Assembly: GCA_003510895.1 (NCBI GenBank)
Contig: DOKE01000007.1
Span: forward strand, 7,887 to 62,458
DNA length: 54,572 nucleotides
Source of the DNA: Candidatus Moraniibacteriota bacterium
Lineage (GTDB): Bacteria; Patescibacteriota; Minisyncoccia; Moranbacterales; GWC2-37-73
Direction of reading: 5' to 3'
Shown here: positions 19,838 to 27,938 of the stretch, piece after piece
How the letters are laid out: each line of letters opens with the position of its first letter
How positions within the stretch are numbered: position 1 is the first letter of the stretch
Made by a program: the position numbers and the translations under genes
Notes under the pieces: model-generated
Told to the model about the DNA's origin: nothing
The model's database searches: none
The model's input: only the letters and a program-made list of their open reading frames with translations

Positions 19838-21046
19838 TTACTTAAAATCAGCTAGAACGTTTCCGGAAATTTTTCGAAGACGTTTTATTGTTTCTTTTAA
19901 TTTATCTATAAAAATATCCAGCTCTTGTTTAGTTGTGTGTTTTCCAATACTAATTCGCAAACTTCCATGCGCTTGCTCATGTTTTAATCCCAGCGCCAAG
20001 AGAACGTGCGATGGATCCAGCGCCCCCGAAGAACAAGCTGATCCGGTAGAAACAGCTATTCCTTCCAAATCCAGTGAAAGCAATAGGCCTTCCCCTTCCA
20101 CATCGTCAAATCTAAAATTAGCAATGTTGGGTGTTCTTTTTTCCGTTGAACCATTGAGATATGACTTGGGTATTTCCAAAACTTTTTTAATCAAATAGTC
20201 TCGTAATTTTGTTATTTCTTTAGACTTTTTTTGATTTTCTGAATTTTTTATCATAGCGACAGCCGCGCCTAATCCAACAATTCCCGGAACATTATGAGTT
20301 CCTCCGCGCATTTTATATTCTTGATCCCCGCCATCCTGAATTCTTTTTATGGCTGTTCCCTTCTTTATATAAAGAACTCCTGTTCCCTTTGGACCATAAA
20401 TTTTGTGTCCTGAAAAAGAAAGTATATCAACGCCTAAAGCTTCCACATCACAATCCCAATAATTAGTAGCTTGGGTGGCATCGGTATGAAAAAGTATTTT
20501 TTGTTTTCTGCTTTCATTTATTTTCTTTATTAGTTTTCCAATTTCAGAAATAGGTTGAACGGTTCCGATTTCATTATTAACATACATTATTGAAATTAAA
20601 ATCGTGTTGGGCTTGATGGCTTTTTTCACATCTTCAATTTTGATAATCCCGTCTTTGTTTATTGGAAGAAAAGTAACTTCTGCCATTTGTTCTTTTGTAA
20701 GAATTTTGCAAGAATCTAAGACACAATGATGTTCAAAAGCAGTGGTGATTATATGCGGCTTTTCTTCAGGTTTTCTGGCAACAGAATAGAAAGAACGCAA
20801 AACTCCCTTAATGGCAAGGTTGTTGCTTTCGGTCGCTCCGGAGGTGAAAATAACTTCGGTTGAAGAACAATTGAGAAATTTAGCCACTTTGCTTCTGGCA
20901 TTATCAATCGCTTCCAAAGCTTCTTGTCCGAAACTGTGCACCGACATAGCATTGCCAAATATTTTTGAAAAATATGGTTGCATAGTTTTTAAAACTTTTT
21001 CATCCACCGGAGTGGTTGCCGCGTAATCAAGATATATGCGTGTCAT
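19838..21046 (-). CDS. iscS: Cysteine desulfurase (NifS/IscS class I)
   Basis: IYLDYAATTP start, PLP-lysine context SFSGHKIYGPKGTG, and active-site loop SSGSACSSG. Confidence 0.93.
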   Translation of the reverse strand: MTRIYLDYAATTPVDEKVLKTMQPYFSKIFGNAMSVHSFGQEALEAIDNARSKVAKFLNCSSTEVIFTSGATESNNLAIKGVLRSFYSVARKPEEKPHIITTAFEHHCVLDSCKILTKEQMAEVTFLPINKDGIIKIEDVKKAIKPNTILISIMYVNNEIGTVQPISEIGKLIKKINESRKQKILFHTDATQATNYWDCDVEALGVDILSFSGHKIYGPKGTGVLYIKKGTAIKRIQDGGDQEYKMRGGTHNVPGIVGLGAAVAMIKNSENQKKSKEITKLRDYLIKKVLEIPKSYLNGSTEKRTPNIANFRFDDVEGEGLLLSLDLEGIAVSTGSACSSGALDPSHVLLALGLKHEQAHGSLRISIGKHTTKQELDIFIDKLKETIKRLRKISGNVLADFK

Positions 21047-21052
21047 AATAAT

Positions 21053-21442
21053 TTATTTTATTAAACTGTTTAATTTTATGTCGTACAATGTTTTCTTAAT
21101 CTGCGCTCCCAATTTATTCCAAACAACACTCGACGGACACTTATGTTCACTGGAGCAAAATTTTCCAACACAACGCATCGGCGCTATTTCTCCATCCAAA
21201 AGCTCGATTATTTCTCCGACTGGAATTTTTTTGGGATCGCGCGCCAGCGTATAACCGCCTTGTTTTCCTTTGGAGCTTTGCACCACTTCCCCATTGCGAA
21301 GTATTCCCATTAATCTTTCCAGATATTTTTGGGAGATATTCTCTTCCTTGGCAATTTCCCCGATCGTTTTCTGACCCGGAAAACACTGCGCCAAATTAGT
21401 CATCGCTTTGAGCCCATATTCCGCTTTGGTTGAAAAACGCAT
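21053..21442 (-). CDS. Rrf2 family transcriptional regulator (IscR-like)
   Basis: MRFSTKAEYGLKAM... wHTH N-terminus. C-terminal Cys residues (CVGKFCSSEHKC). First gene of the regulator-iscS-iscU operon. Confidence 0.88.
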   Translation of the reverse strand: MRFSTKAEYGLKAMTNLAQCFPGQKTIGEIAKEENISQKYLERLMGILRNGEVVQSSKGKQGGYTLARDPKKIPVGEIIELLDGEIAPMRCVGKFCSSEHKCPSSVVWNKLGAQIKKTLYDIKLNSLIK

Positions 21443-21458
21443 AACTTTTTCTAATATC

Positions 21459-21507
21459 TACTAATTTAGTATACATTCAATATACAACTTGATTTAAATG
21501 ACGTCAA
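21459..21507 (-). promoter_or_regulatory. Sigma70-like promoter (TTGACG-17 nt-TATATT on the minus strand) with downstream 13-bp palindrome TACTAATTTAGTA, a candidate Rrf2 operator
   Basis: On the minus strand, the -35 is at 21507-21502 and the -10 at 21484-21479. The palindrome spans 21459-21471, between the -10 and the ATG at 21442. Confidence 0.55.
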
Positions 21508-21565
21508 GGATATAAAAAAAGCCCCCAAATTGCAACCACCTTATAATATAAATAGGACATAAATC

Positions 21566-21599
21566 AGAACATAATCTGACGGTCGTCAGATTATGTTCT
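21566..21599 (-). terminator. Perfect 15-bp-stem hairpin (AGAACATAATCTGAC-GGTC-GTCAGATTATGTTCT), a possible terminator of the upstream island genes
   Basis: Read directly. On the minus strand it is followed by a moderately U-rich tract (GAUUUAUGUCCUAUUUAUAUU). It lies downstream of the stop at 21778 and upstream of the Rrf2 promoter. Confidence 0.45.
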
Positions 21600-21777
21600 A
21601 TTGCGTGGTGTGCTGGAGTACCCCTGGATGGAGGGTTATGGAGCAAGAAAGGCGCCTGACCACTTTTATTTTTCTCATGATTAATAATCAAAACAAATCA
21701 GTATCATTGTTTATTTTGCAATAATTGAAATAAAAAAAATTATTTTTTTCCTCTAATAAACATTGCTAAAGAATTCA

Positions 21778-22617
21778 CTAGGATTCGGGCTTAAAAGTAT
21801 ATTTTTGAATATATTGCTCTTTGGTTTTTTCTATATCATCTTCGCTAATATAAAATCCTTGTGCGTTAACTGGAGTTTCAACTTCCGGATAAAGTGCTAG
21901 CATTTCTCCATCACCTCGTAATTTTTCAGCACCATTGAAACCAAGAATTATTCTTGAGTCCTCCGCTCTTGCGGTTGCAAAAGCAATTCGATACCGAAAT
22001 GCATCTACCAATTCCTTAGGATAAACTGTCTCTAAAATTTTCGAGGTACCAATCATAATACTAACTCCAGCCAAAGGTCCGGAATTCAAAATTTCCAATA
22101 CAGCTTTTTTGTAAAATTCAAAATCTTCAATCATCAAATCAGAAAACTCATCAATAACAACAACTATCCTAGGAATATTTTCCTTGTTTCTCTTATTGTA
22201 TTCTTCAACTGAAAATGGATAATCTATCTCAGCCAAAACCTTAAAGCGTCTATCTATTTCATCCAAGCACCACTGCAAGGCTTCCTTGGCCTCATCGTAA
22301 GTCACAGCCACTGGAAACATTAGATTTGGCAAATCATTATATGTGCCAATTAATTCTACTCGCTTTGTGTCAATCAAAATAAACTTCAGCTCATCAATTT
22401 CAGTGTTTTTGAGCAAGCTAGCAATAGCGCAATGAAAAAAATTACTCTTTCCTGACCCAGTTTTCCCACCGATAAGAAGATTAAAGGCATTTTCCAAATT
22501 CCCAACAAGATTATGCGTTTCAGTTTCAGCACCAATAGGAATAACGGGCTTGCGTTCATATTCTTTCCAGTCCTTATCCGCATACAATTTTTCTAGACCA
22601 ATGACTTTTTGTTCCAT
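21778..22617 (-). CDS. Stand-alone FtsK/SpoIIIE-type ATPase domain protein (no TM, linker or gamma domain)
   Basis: Walker A GGKTGSGKSN, FtsK-like LIDTKRVELIGTYNDLPNLMFPV, Walker B VVVIDEFSDLM, and C-terminal LRGDGEMLAL...NAQGFYISEDDIE. Only 279 aa. Confidence 0.75.
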   Translation of the reverse strand: MEQKVIGLEKLYADKDWKEYERKPVIPIGAETETHNLVGNLENAFNLLIGGKTGSGKSNFFHCAIASLLKNTEIDELKFILIDTKRVELIGTYNDLPNLMFPVAVTYDEAKEALQWCLDEIDRRFKVLAEIDYPFSVEEYNKRNKENIPRIVVVIDEFSDLMIEDFEFYKKAVLEILNSGPLAGVSIMIGTSKILETVYPKELVDAFRYRIAFATARAEDSRIILGFNGAEKLRGDGEMLALYPEVETPVNAQGFYISEDDIEKTKEQYIQKYTFKPES

Positions 22618-22639
22618 ATATTTATTTTTTTAAATAATT

Positions 22640-24133
22640 TTAAATTGATTTTAATACTCTCCAAATTTCAACCATAGCCAAGGTGTCGAGATGGCAATAA
22701 TCCTTGAGTGCCTGCACTTTCATATTTTTTTCATCTTCAGAATATTCACCTGATACAATACGATTCCAGGTATCTGACGCAGCGCCACCTTCTTGAATAT
22801 GCATATTTTTATACGAAAGATTGGGAACAAGAGCTGGCAAAACATATTTTATTGAAGCACTTCCCTTAAATTCCGGATGATCATACATTGTGGTCTTTCC
22901 AAAAAATGGAACCATTAAATCAATAACTCGATTATTAACATTCTGCATAAAATCTTTGTATTCAGACAAACGCTCTCCCAATTGCTTATTGATGCCTTGC
23001 TCAAATTTCTGATTCCACACAATAATACTGCCCTTTTCAGGAAGATGTTTTTTCAATGCTTCGGCGAAAGATTCATCCGGACAATCTTTTTCTGTATAAA
23101 TAAAATCATAATGCTCCAATTCACTCTCGTGCGAATCAATTACATGTAGCGAAAACTGAAACGGAATTTGCTGATAGGGGCTATATCTATTGTATTTTGG
23201 TATTGCGGATGGATATGTTTCATAATCCAGAAATGCCAGTGGATATTTCATTGCCCCTAGGAATTCTGCAATGCCATCCCTATCAATATATTCTTTGCCA
23301 GACTTGGCTGTTTCCACTTGCCTCTTTTGATTATCTGAAAGCAGAAAATCATCCGGCACATCATGAATATTGAAAATATGACTATCGACTAGCTCAGCCA
23401 ATTTTGTCTTGTGAATTCTTGCAATCGCATGGACAGAGTATTCCGGAAGATCCGAGTTTGAATACCATGAAGTCGTGCAATGTGAATTTTTGCCTTTCAG
23501 AATACAATCACAATGCCCTTTTGGCTCATCCCCGCTAGATAATAATTCATAAGCTCCCTCCATTTTTTGCTTCGTGTCCTTCAATTTTTCATTTACTTGA
23601 TTAGTTAAGTCTTCTATTAAAAACAATTCTTTCAAGTTGATATCGCCCAAGCAAACATATTTCTTATTAAGCCTAATCAAATTTAAAGTTCCCACCTCAA
23701 TACCTAAATCATTTAAAACATTCTTTTGAAAAGCCATATCTATCAAATAATCTTCGGTTTTTCTCCCTCCATTCTCCTCAGAAACTATTGATGACTTCAC
23801 TTCATACAAATCATAAACATTTTGATCTGAATTAAAGACAAAAATATCAGAGACTGCAAGATATTTTTCAGTTGCAAAAACAGGCTGATAAATTACAGGG
23901 GTTCTGTTTTCCATTAGTTTTTTTGTGAGTTCCGTGTCGTCACGAGATTCAACAAGTATGCCATCAGGAAAAAGACTGCGCGCAAGTTCGTCAATCTGGT
24001 TACCGGTATCAATAATATTCAATTCAAAAGAAGAAAGTGCCTTTTGCTTGTATATCTCTGGTTTATGAATTTTTAGCCAAGCATTTTTTGCACAATCGAG
24101 GCATATCAGAAAGTTTGTTTTTGATAATTTCAT
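22640..24133 (-). CDS. DUF2779-family protein: N-terminal PD-(D/E)XK nuclease-like domain plus C-terminal DEDD/RNase H-like exonuclease-like domain
   Basis: N-terminal D...DLYEVKSS motif, a Cys cluster HCDCILKGKNSHC, and C-terminal AFLDYETYPSAIP...PYQQIPFQFSLH...IVWNQKFE...YCHLDTLAMVEIW, which I recognise as the DUF2779 signature. Confidence 0.7.
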   Translation of the reverse strand: MKLSKTNFLICLDCAKNAWLKIHKPEIYKQKALSSFELNIIDTGNQIDELARSLFPDGILVESRDDTELTKKLMENRTPVIYQPVFATEKYLAVSDIFVFNSDQNVYDLYEVKSSIVSEENGGRKTEDYLIDMAFQKNVLNDLGIEVGTLNLIRLNKKYVCLGDINLKELFLIEDLTNQVNEKLKDTKQKMEGAYELLSSGDEPKGHCDCILKGKNSHCTTSWYSNSDLPEYSVHAIARIHKTKLAELVDSHIFNIHDVPDDFLLSDNQKRQVETAKSGKEYIDRDGIAEFLGAMKYPLAFLDYETYPSAIPKYNRYSPYQQIPFQFSLHVIDSHESELEHYDFIYTEKDCPDESFAEALKKHLPEKGSIIVWNQKFEQGINKQLGERLSEYKDFMQNVNNRVIDLMVPFFGKTTMYDHPEFKGSASIKYVLPALVPNLSYKNMHIQEGGAASDTWNRIVSGEYSEDEKNMKVQALKDYCHLDTLAMVEIWRVLKSI

Positions 24134-24198
24134 ATAAGATCATTTTTGTAATAATTATGCGAATTTCAAGAAAAGTTCTAATCCTTGTTATTCATAAG

Positions 24199-25227
24199 CT
24201 ATTTGAGTTCTTCGTTTTCTTCTTCTGAAATAAGAGGGTCTAGAAAAGAATATACGTCGTCAAAATTGTCAAAATCTGGAAATGGATGCTCTTCTACGGG
24301 ATCACATTGGAGACAAGCGGATGCATGACTGTCGCATGATCTCCTGGGATGCTTCAAAATAAAACTATCGCTTAGTTTATCAAAAATACAATAATGATGA
24401 CTAAAGAACATATCTGACCAAGTTTCTTCTATTTTTTTCCTATCTGAATTATTTATAACTTCAATCTCACTAAGCTCTAAATATTTTGATTTTTTATAAT
24501 TATCTAAAAGTATTTCTTTAGCTTCAACATCTGAAACAGGTGCACTATATCCGAATATGGTTATAATGTATGCCCTACTTAAAACATCTCTTAAGATATT
24601 CCAATTATTTTTTATTACTGGATCAGAATTATAATCTTTTTTACCGATAGGATAAAGTAATTTAGATTTTGATAATTCTTTGTGACAACGATGACATATT
24701 TTGTTATGAAAATTACATAAAATTTTACAATCATAACATATGCCCTCGCCAACATTTCCATGAAGAAATAATAACTTGGGCAATTTATTTTCTCCTATTT
24801 TTTTATGTCGGATATAAGACAATATTAACAAGGGATCCCAATTAAATGTTGCAATATAATCCTTGCCCCTAAGAGATAGGATTAGTTTATCGTAGAGATT
24901 CGGCTTGTCATTGATCTCTATATCACTAAAATAATCCCATATACATTGTTCCAATTCTTTTTCCAAATCCCCATATTCCTCATTATGTATTCGAGAAAAA
25001 AAATCTTCAAAAGATTCATCTTCTTTAATTTTTACTGAGTGTTTTTTGAGTAAATTTTGAACTTCAACTAGACCGCTTAATTCATTCATCGATGGCATTT
25101 TCTTACCATTTGCAGTATTTTTCATGCACGCAATACTTGCACCAGCCCCCAAAATCACTAAATGAGGTGAGTTATTGAAAGTTTTTCCATTTGAAATTTT
25201 AATTCTTGGCAAATGTTGTTTTTGCAT
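24199..25227 (-). CDS. SIR2-like (SIR2_2-type) NAD-binding/NADase-like domain protein
   Basis: Order of motifs LVILGAGASIA (GAGxS), TFNWDPLL (TxNxD), FLHGNV (catalytic His context), Zn ribbon CYDC...CHRC, and IFGYSAPVSD. There is no second recognisable domain. Confidence 0.65.
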   Translation of the reverse strand: MQKQHLPRIKISNGKTFNNSPHLVILGAGASIACMKNTANGKKMPSMNELSGLVEVQNLLKKHSVKIKEDESFEDFFSRIHNEEYGDLEKELEQCIWDYFSDIEINDKPNLYDKLILSLRGKDYIATFNWDPLLILSYIRHKKIGENKLPKLLFLHGNVGEGICYDCKILCNFHNKICHRCHKELSKSKLLYPIGKKDYNSDPVIKNNWNILRDVLSRAYIITIFGYSAPVSDVEAKEILLDNYKKSKYLELSEIEVINNSDRKKIEETWSDMFFSHHYCIFDKLSDSFILKHPRRSCDSHASACLQCDPVEEHPFPDFDNFDDVYSFLDPLISEEENEELK

Positions 25228-25358
25228 ATCTCTATTATGTTTCTACATTTATCTTGAGTTCATTTTAATAAAAGAACCAGCAGTAGAGAGTCACTCGATT
25301 TTGTCTAGACTTGTTTTAAAAATTTTTCAATGTGAATATTTGTTTTTCCATAGTTAGT

Positions 25359-26462
25359 CTATTTTCCAGATTTTCTTCGATTATCGTCTTTGCATAATAT
25401 CTGGCAATTATTTGCAATAGTTTTTCCACCCTCATGCCAAGGCTTTATATGATCAGCTTCCATTTCTCCTATTTCGAAGTGTTTCATACATTTTACACAC
25501 TTGCCTTTTTGCCTTTCATAAGCTTCTCGCTTCATTTTTTCATTAAATGCCCGAATATTCAGATATCTTTCTTGTCTCGTTAAAACATACGGGTAAATAC
25601 CAGATGGCTTCGTTACTTCCTCATCCTGCATCAATTCCTTGATTTCATCTTCAAGTTTGTCAGCGTCCAGTTTTACATCTTTGAATTGATTATATAATTC
25701 ACCCCATTGCACACTGCCCATTTCTCGGCGATAATTCGTAAAATTTTTTCTAACCCACGCGATTACATTTTGAAAATATTTCCACAATTCATCCGCATTT
25801 TTATCATGCTGGTGCTTTGCCATGTATTCTTCAATCTCGCCATTATTTATCCAAGAAATTGCAGTTTCTAAGTATTCCTGCCTGATAGGTGAGCCTGCTA
25901 CCAAATGTCCGCCATCATTCGCGAGTAAATACGCTGCACAATTTGACTTACTGAATTTCAGCTTTGCATCGGAAAGCCACGAACCAGTATATACAGCATT
26001 TCGTAATTCCTGAGGAAATAATTTTTCACCAGCAATATTGATAATTTTAAACCAATCAAGCTTTTCCTTATCATTTCCTTCGCAATGATAGATCATCAAA
26101 TCGTAATTCAAAATTTGCTCTTGTTCTTCCTGAGTTAAATTATGAAACATTGCAATCCTACCATTAAATTCAATCGAAAAATCTCCATTTACAAATTGTG
26201 CAATACTGATTGTTCGTTGCTGTCCATCAAGCACTTCAAAATTACCATCATCTTTCTTAACCCAATACATAACATTAAGAGGAAAACTATTTTTGATAGT
26301 TCTAATTACTTCATCTCGCTGTTTTCCGCTATACACAAATTCACGTTGATATTTTGGACGAATATCTAATTTACCACCAAAAGCGCTAACACCTTCTTCA
26401 GCGCTATCTTTATAGTCTTTTACAACTTCCGCAATTTTTATCTTATGTAAATCTATTTTCAT
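25359..26462 (-). CDS. DUF262 (ParB/GmrSD N-terminal-like) domain fused to a C-terminal HNH endonuclease
   Basis: RPKYQREFVY and VLDGQQRTISI (DGQQR) motifs. C-terminal CVKC...EADHIKPWHEGGKTIANNCQILCKDDNRRKSGK (HNH with Zn-binding Cys). Confidence 0.85.
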   Translation of the reverse strand: MKIDLHKIKIAEVVKDYKDSAEEGVSAFGGKLDIRPKYQREFVYSGKQRDEVIRTIKNSFPLNVMYWVKKDDGNFEVLDGQQRTISIAQFVNGDFSIEFNGRIAMFHNLTQEEQEQILNYDLMIYHCEGNDKEKLDWFKIINIAGEKLFPQELRNAVYTGSWLSDAKLKFSKSNCAAYLLANDGGHLVAGSPIRQEYLETAISWINNGEIEEYMAKHQHDKNADELWKYFQNVIAWVRKNFTNYRREMGSVQWGELYNQFKDVKLDADKLEDEIKELMQDEEVTKPSGIYPYVLTRQERYLNIRAFNEKMKREAYERQKGKCVKCMKHFEIGEMEADHIKPWHEGGKTIANNCQILCKDDNRRKSGK

Positions 26463-26463
26463 G

Positions 26464-27936
26464 TTATTTTTCTAATAATGTAATTAGTTGTTCAATAGAC
26501 ATTCGAAGCTCATCGTCTGTGTATTTAGTATTATTGTGGTTTTCAGGATGATGAATAATATTTCTGATTTTTGTAGGCAATGTAGTATTGTATTCGATGA
26601 CGGTTTTGTCCGACTTTAAATGTTTATATTTTTGGTCTATCTTGATAGTTTTATTACTTTTATCAAAAAGATATTCATCAAAATCTTTTGACTTACAATA
26701 TTTATCGTCTTCTAAAATAGATTTTGCTTGGATAAAGCCATAAAGTTCGTTGTGGAATTCAACGGATAAAAATCCGAAAGCATAGTAGTTAATCTCACCC
26801 CAAGAAGGGCTCGAGGATCCAAACAGATCGAATTCTTTGCCAGCTTCAACCTTATTCATTCCTAAATCTTTTGAAAATATATTTATTGAATGAGTTTCTT
26901 TTTTATATTTTTTCAATAAATATGGCGAGTGTGTAATTATGAAAATTTGTGAATTGTCGGATATTTTTTCGAGGGCATCAAGTAATTTATTTTGAGCTTG
27001 TGGATGTAAAAAAGTTTCCGGCTCATCAATGAAAAATAATATTGGTTTAGAAGATCCATTTTCATCCGATGAAGAAGAAATATCAGCGTATACTTGAATA
27101 AGTACTAATGCTAAGGCTCGTTGCATCCCCGTACCTTTTTCGGAGCTTTTTGTTTCAATGCCGTTTTCAGATAAAGCAATATTTCCTGTTTTGAAAAAAC
27201 TCTCAATTTCAGGTAATGAAAAACTAAATCTTACTTCTGTCTCCCCGTACTGCTCAGATAAAATACTTTGTATTTTTTGTTCAACTGGCAGTAGGGTTTT
27301 CGCTAAACTATTTTCGCCTTCACCAAAAGTTTCCTTGTGTGAATTTTGAAAGTTTTTCCAGGTCTCAGAAATGATAAAATCTTTCGTTATAGTGTTAATA
27401 ATTTTTCCACTAATTTTTGTTTTCGCAAAATCAGAAATATCACCAGAATTTGTATCAGCCCAAACAAACTGTGCATCAAAAAGTGCAGTAATTGTATTAT
27501 CCATCCCTGTGGGATTTTCAAATTGATTTGTGATTGGGTTAAAAACGCGAACATTTTTAATATCCAGCTTCTTTTTTTTGCCATCTTGTGTAATTTCCGT
27601 TTCTTCGCTAGAACGCACTACTCGCAAACTTTTTTCACCATCTGCATCAATAATATAAGCTTTATATTTTTTCAGTGCATCTATCTTAATAATTGATTCA
27701 ATATCTTCTCCTTTAAACTCAATTTCAACAGAAACAAAGCCGTCTTCTTCACTTTCTGTTTTGGTAATAACTTCACTTCTATCTTTTTTTGTGCGTATAA
27801 AATCAATAGCCTCAAAAACTGATGACTTGCCACAATTATTATCACCGACGAAAAAATTCACGCCTTTGTCAAAAAGAATTTCGTGATCATCTTTAAAGCC
27901 TTTAAAATTATGGAGTTTTATTTTTGAGATATACAT
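26464..27936 (-). CDS. ABC-type/AAA_15-AAA_21-like ATPase (OLD/RecF/SMC-like head) with an unassigned C-terminal domain
   Basis: MYISKIKLHNFKGF start, Walker A GDNNCGKSS, signature-like EKGTGMQRAL, Walker B ILFFIDEPETFLHP, and H-loop IITHSP. The last ~130 aa have no Toprim or other motif I can recognise. Confidence 0.85.
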   Translation of the reverse strand: MYISKIKLHNFKGFKDDHEILFDKGVNFFVGDNNCGKSSVFEAIDFIRTKKDRSEVITKTESEEDGFVSVEIEFKGEDIESIIKIDALKKYKAYIIDADGEKSLRVVRSSEETEITQDGKKKKLDIKNVRVFNPITNQFENPTGMDNTITALFDAQFVWADTNSGDISDFAKTKISGKIINTITKDFIISETWKNFQNSHKETFGEGENSLAKTLLPVEQKIQSILSEQYGETEVRFSFSLPEIESFFKTGNIALSENGIETKSSEKGTGMQRALALVLIQVYADISSSSDENGSSKPILFFIDEPETFLHPQAQNKLLDALEKISDNSQIFIITHSPYLLKKYKKETHSINIFSKDLGMNKVEAGKEFDLFGSSSPSWGEINYYAFGFLSVEFHNELYGFIQAKSILEDDKYCKSKDFDEYLFDKSNKTIKIDQKYKHLKSDKTVIEYNTTLPTKIRNIIHHPENHNNTKYTDDELRMSIEQLITLLEK

Positions 27937-27938
27937 AA

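Noticed and set aside
21600-21675. Possible SRP (4.5S) RNA or tRNA in the GC-rich element
   Set aside because: I compared it by eye with the conserved SRP domain IV (AGGUCAGGUCC-GGAA-GGAAGCAGCC). Only loose similarity is present, there is no GNRA-capped helix, and the arms do not pair. There is also no tRNA cloverleaf or T-loop (GGTTCGAAT-like) on either strand.
21494-21691. 65-aa minus-strand ORF in the intergenic region upstream of the Rrf2 gene
   Set aside because: It spans the perfect palindrome, the GC-rich element and the predicted promoter. It has no RBS-like context and no recognisable sequence, so the region is better explained as non-coding.
21778-22617. Housekeeping chromosomal FtsK
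   Set aside because: The protein is too short (279 aa), and has no TM segments, linker or gamma domain. I treat it as an island-associated stand-alone ATPase or a remnant rather than the cell-division translocase. Whole-genome context is needed to be sure.
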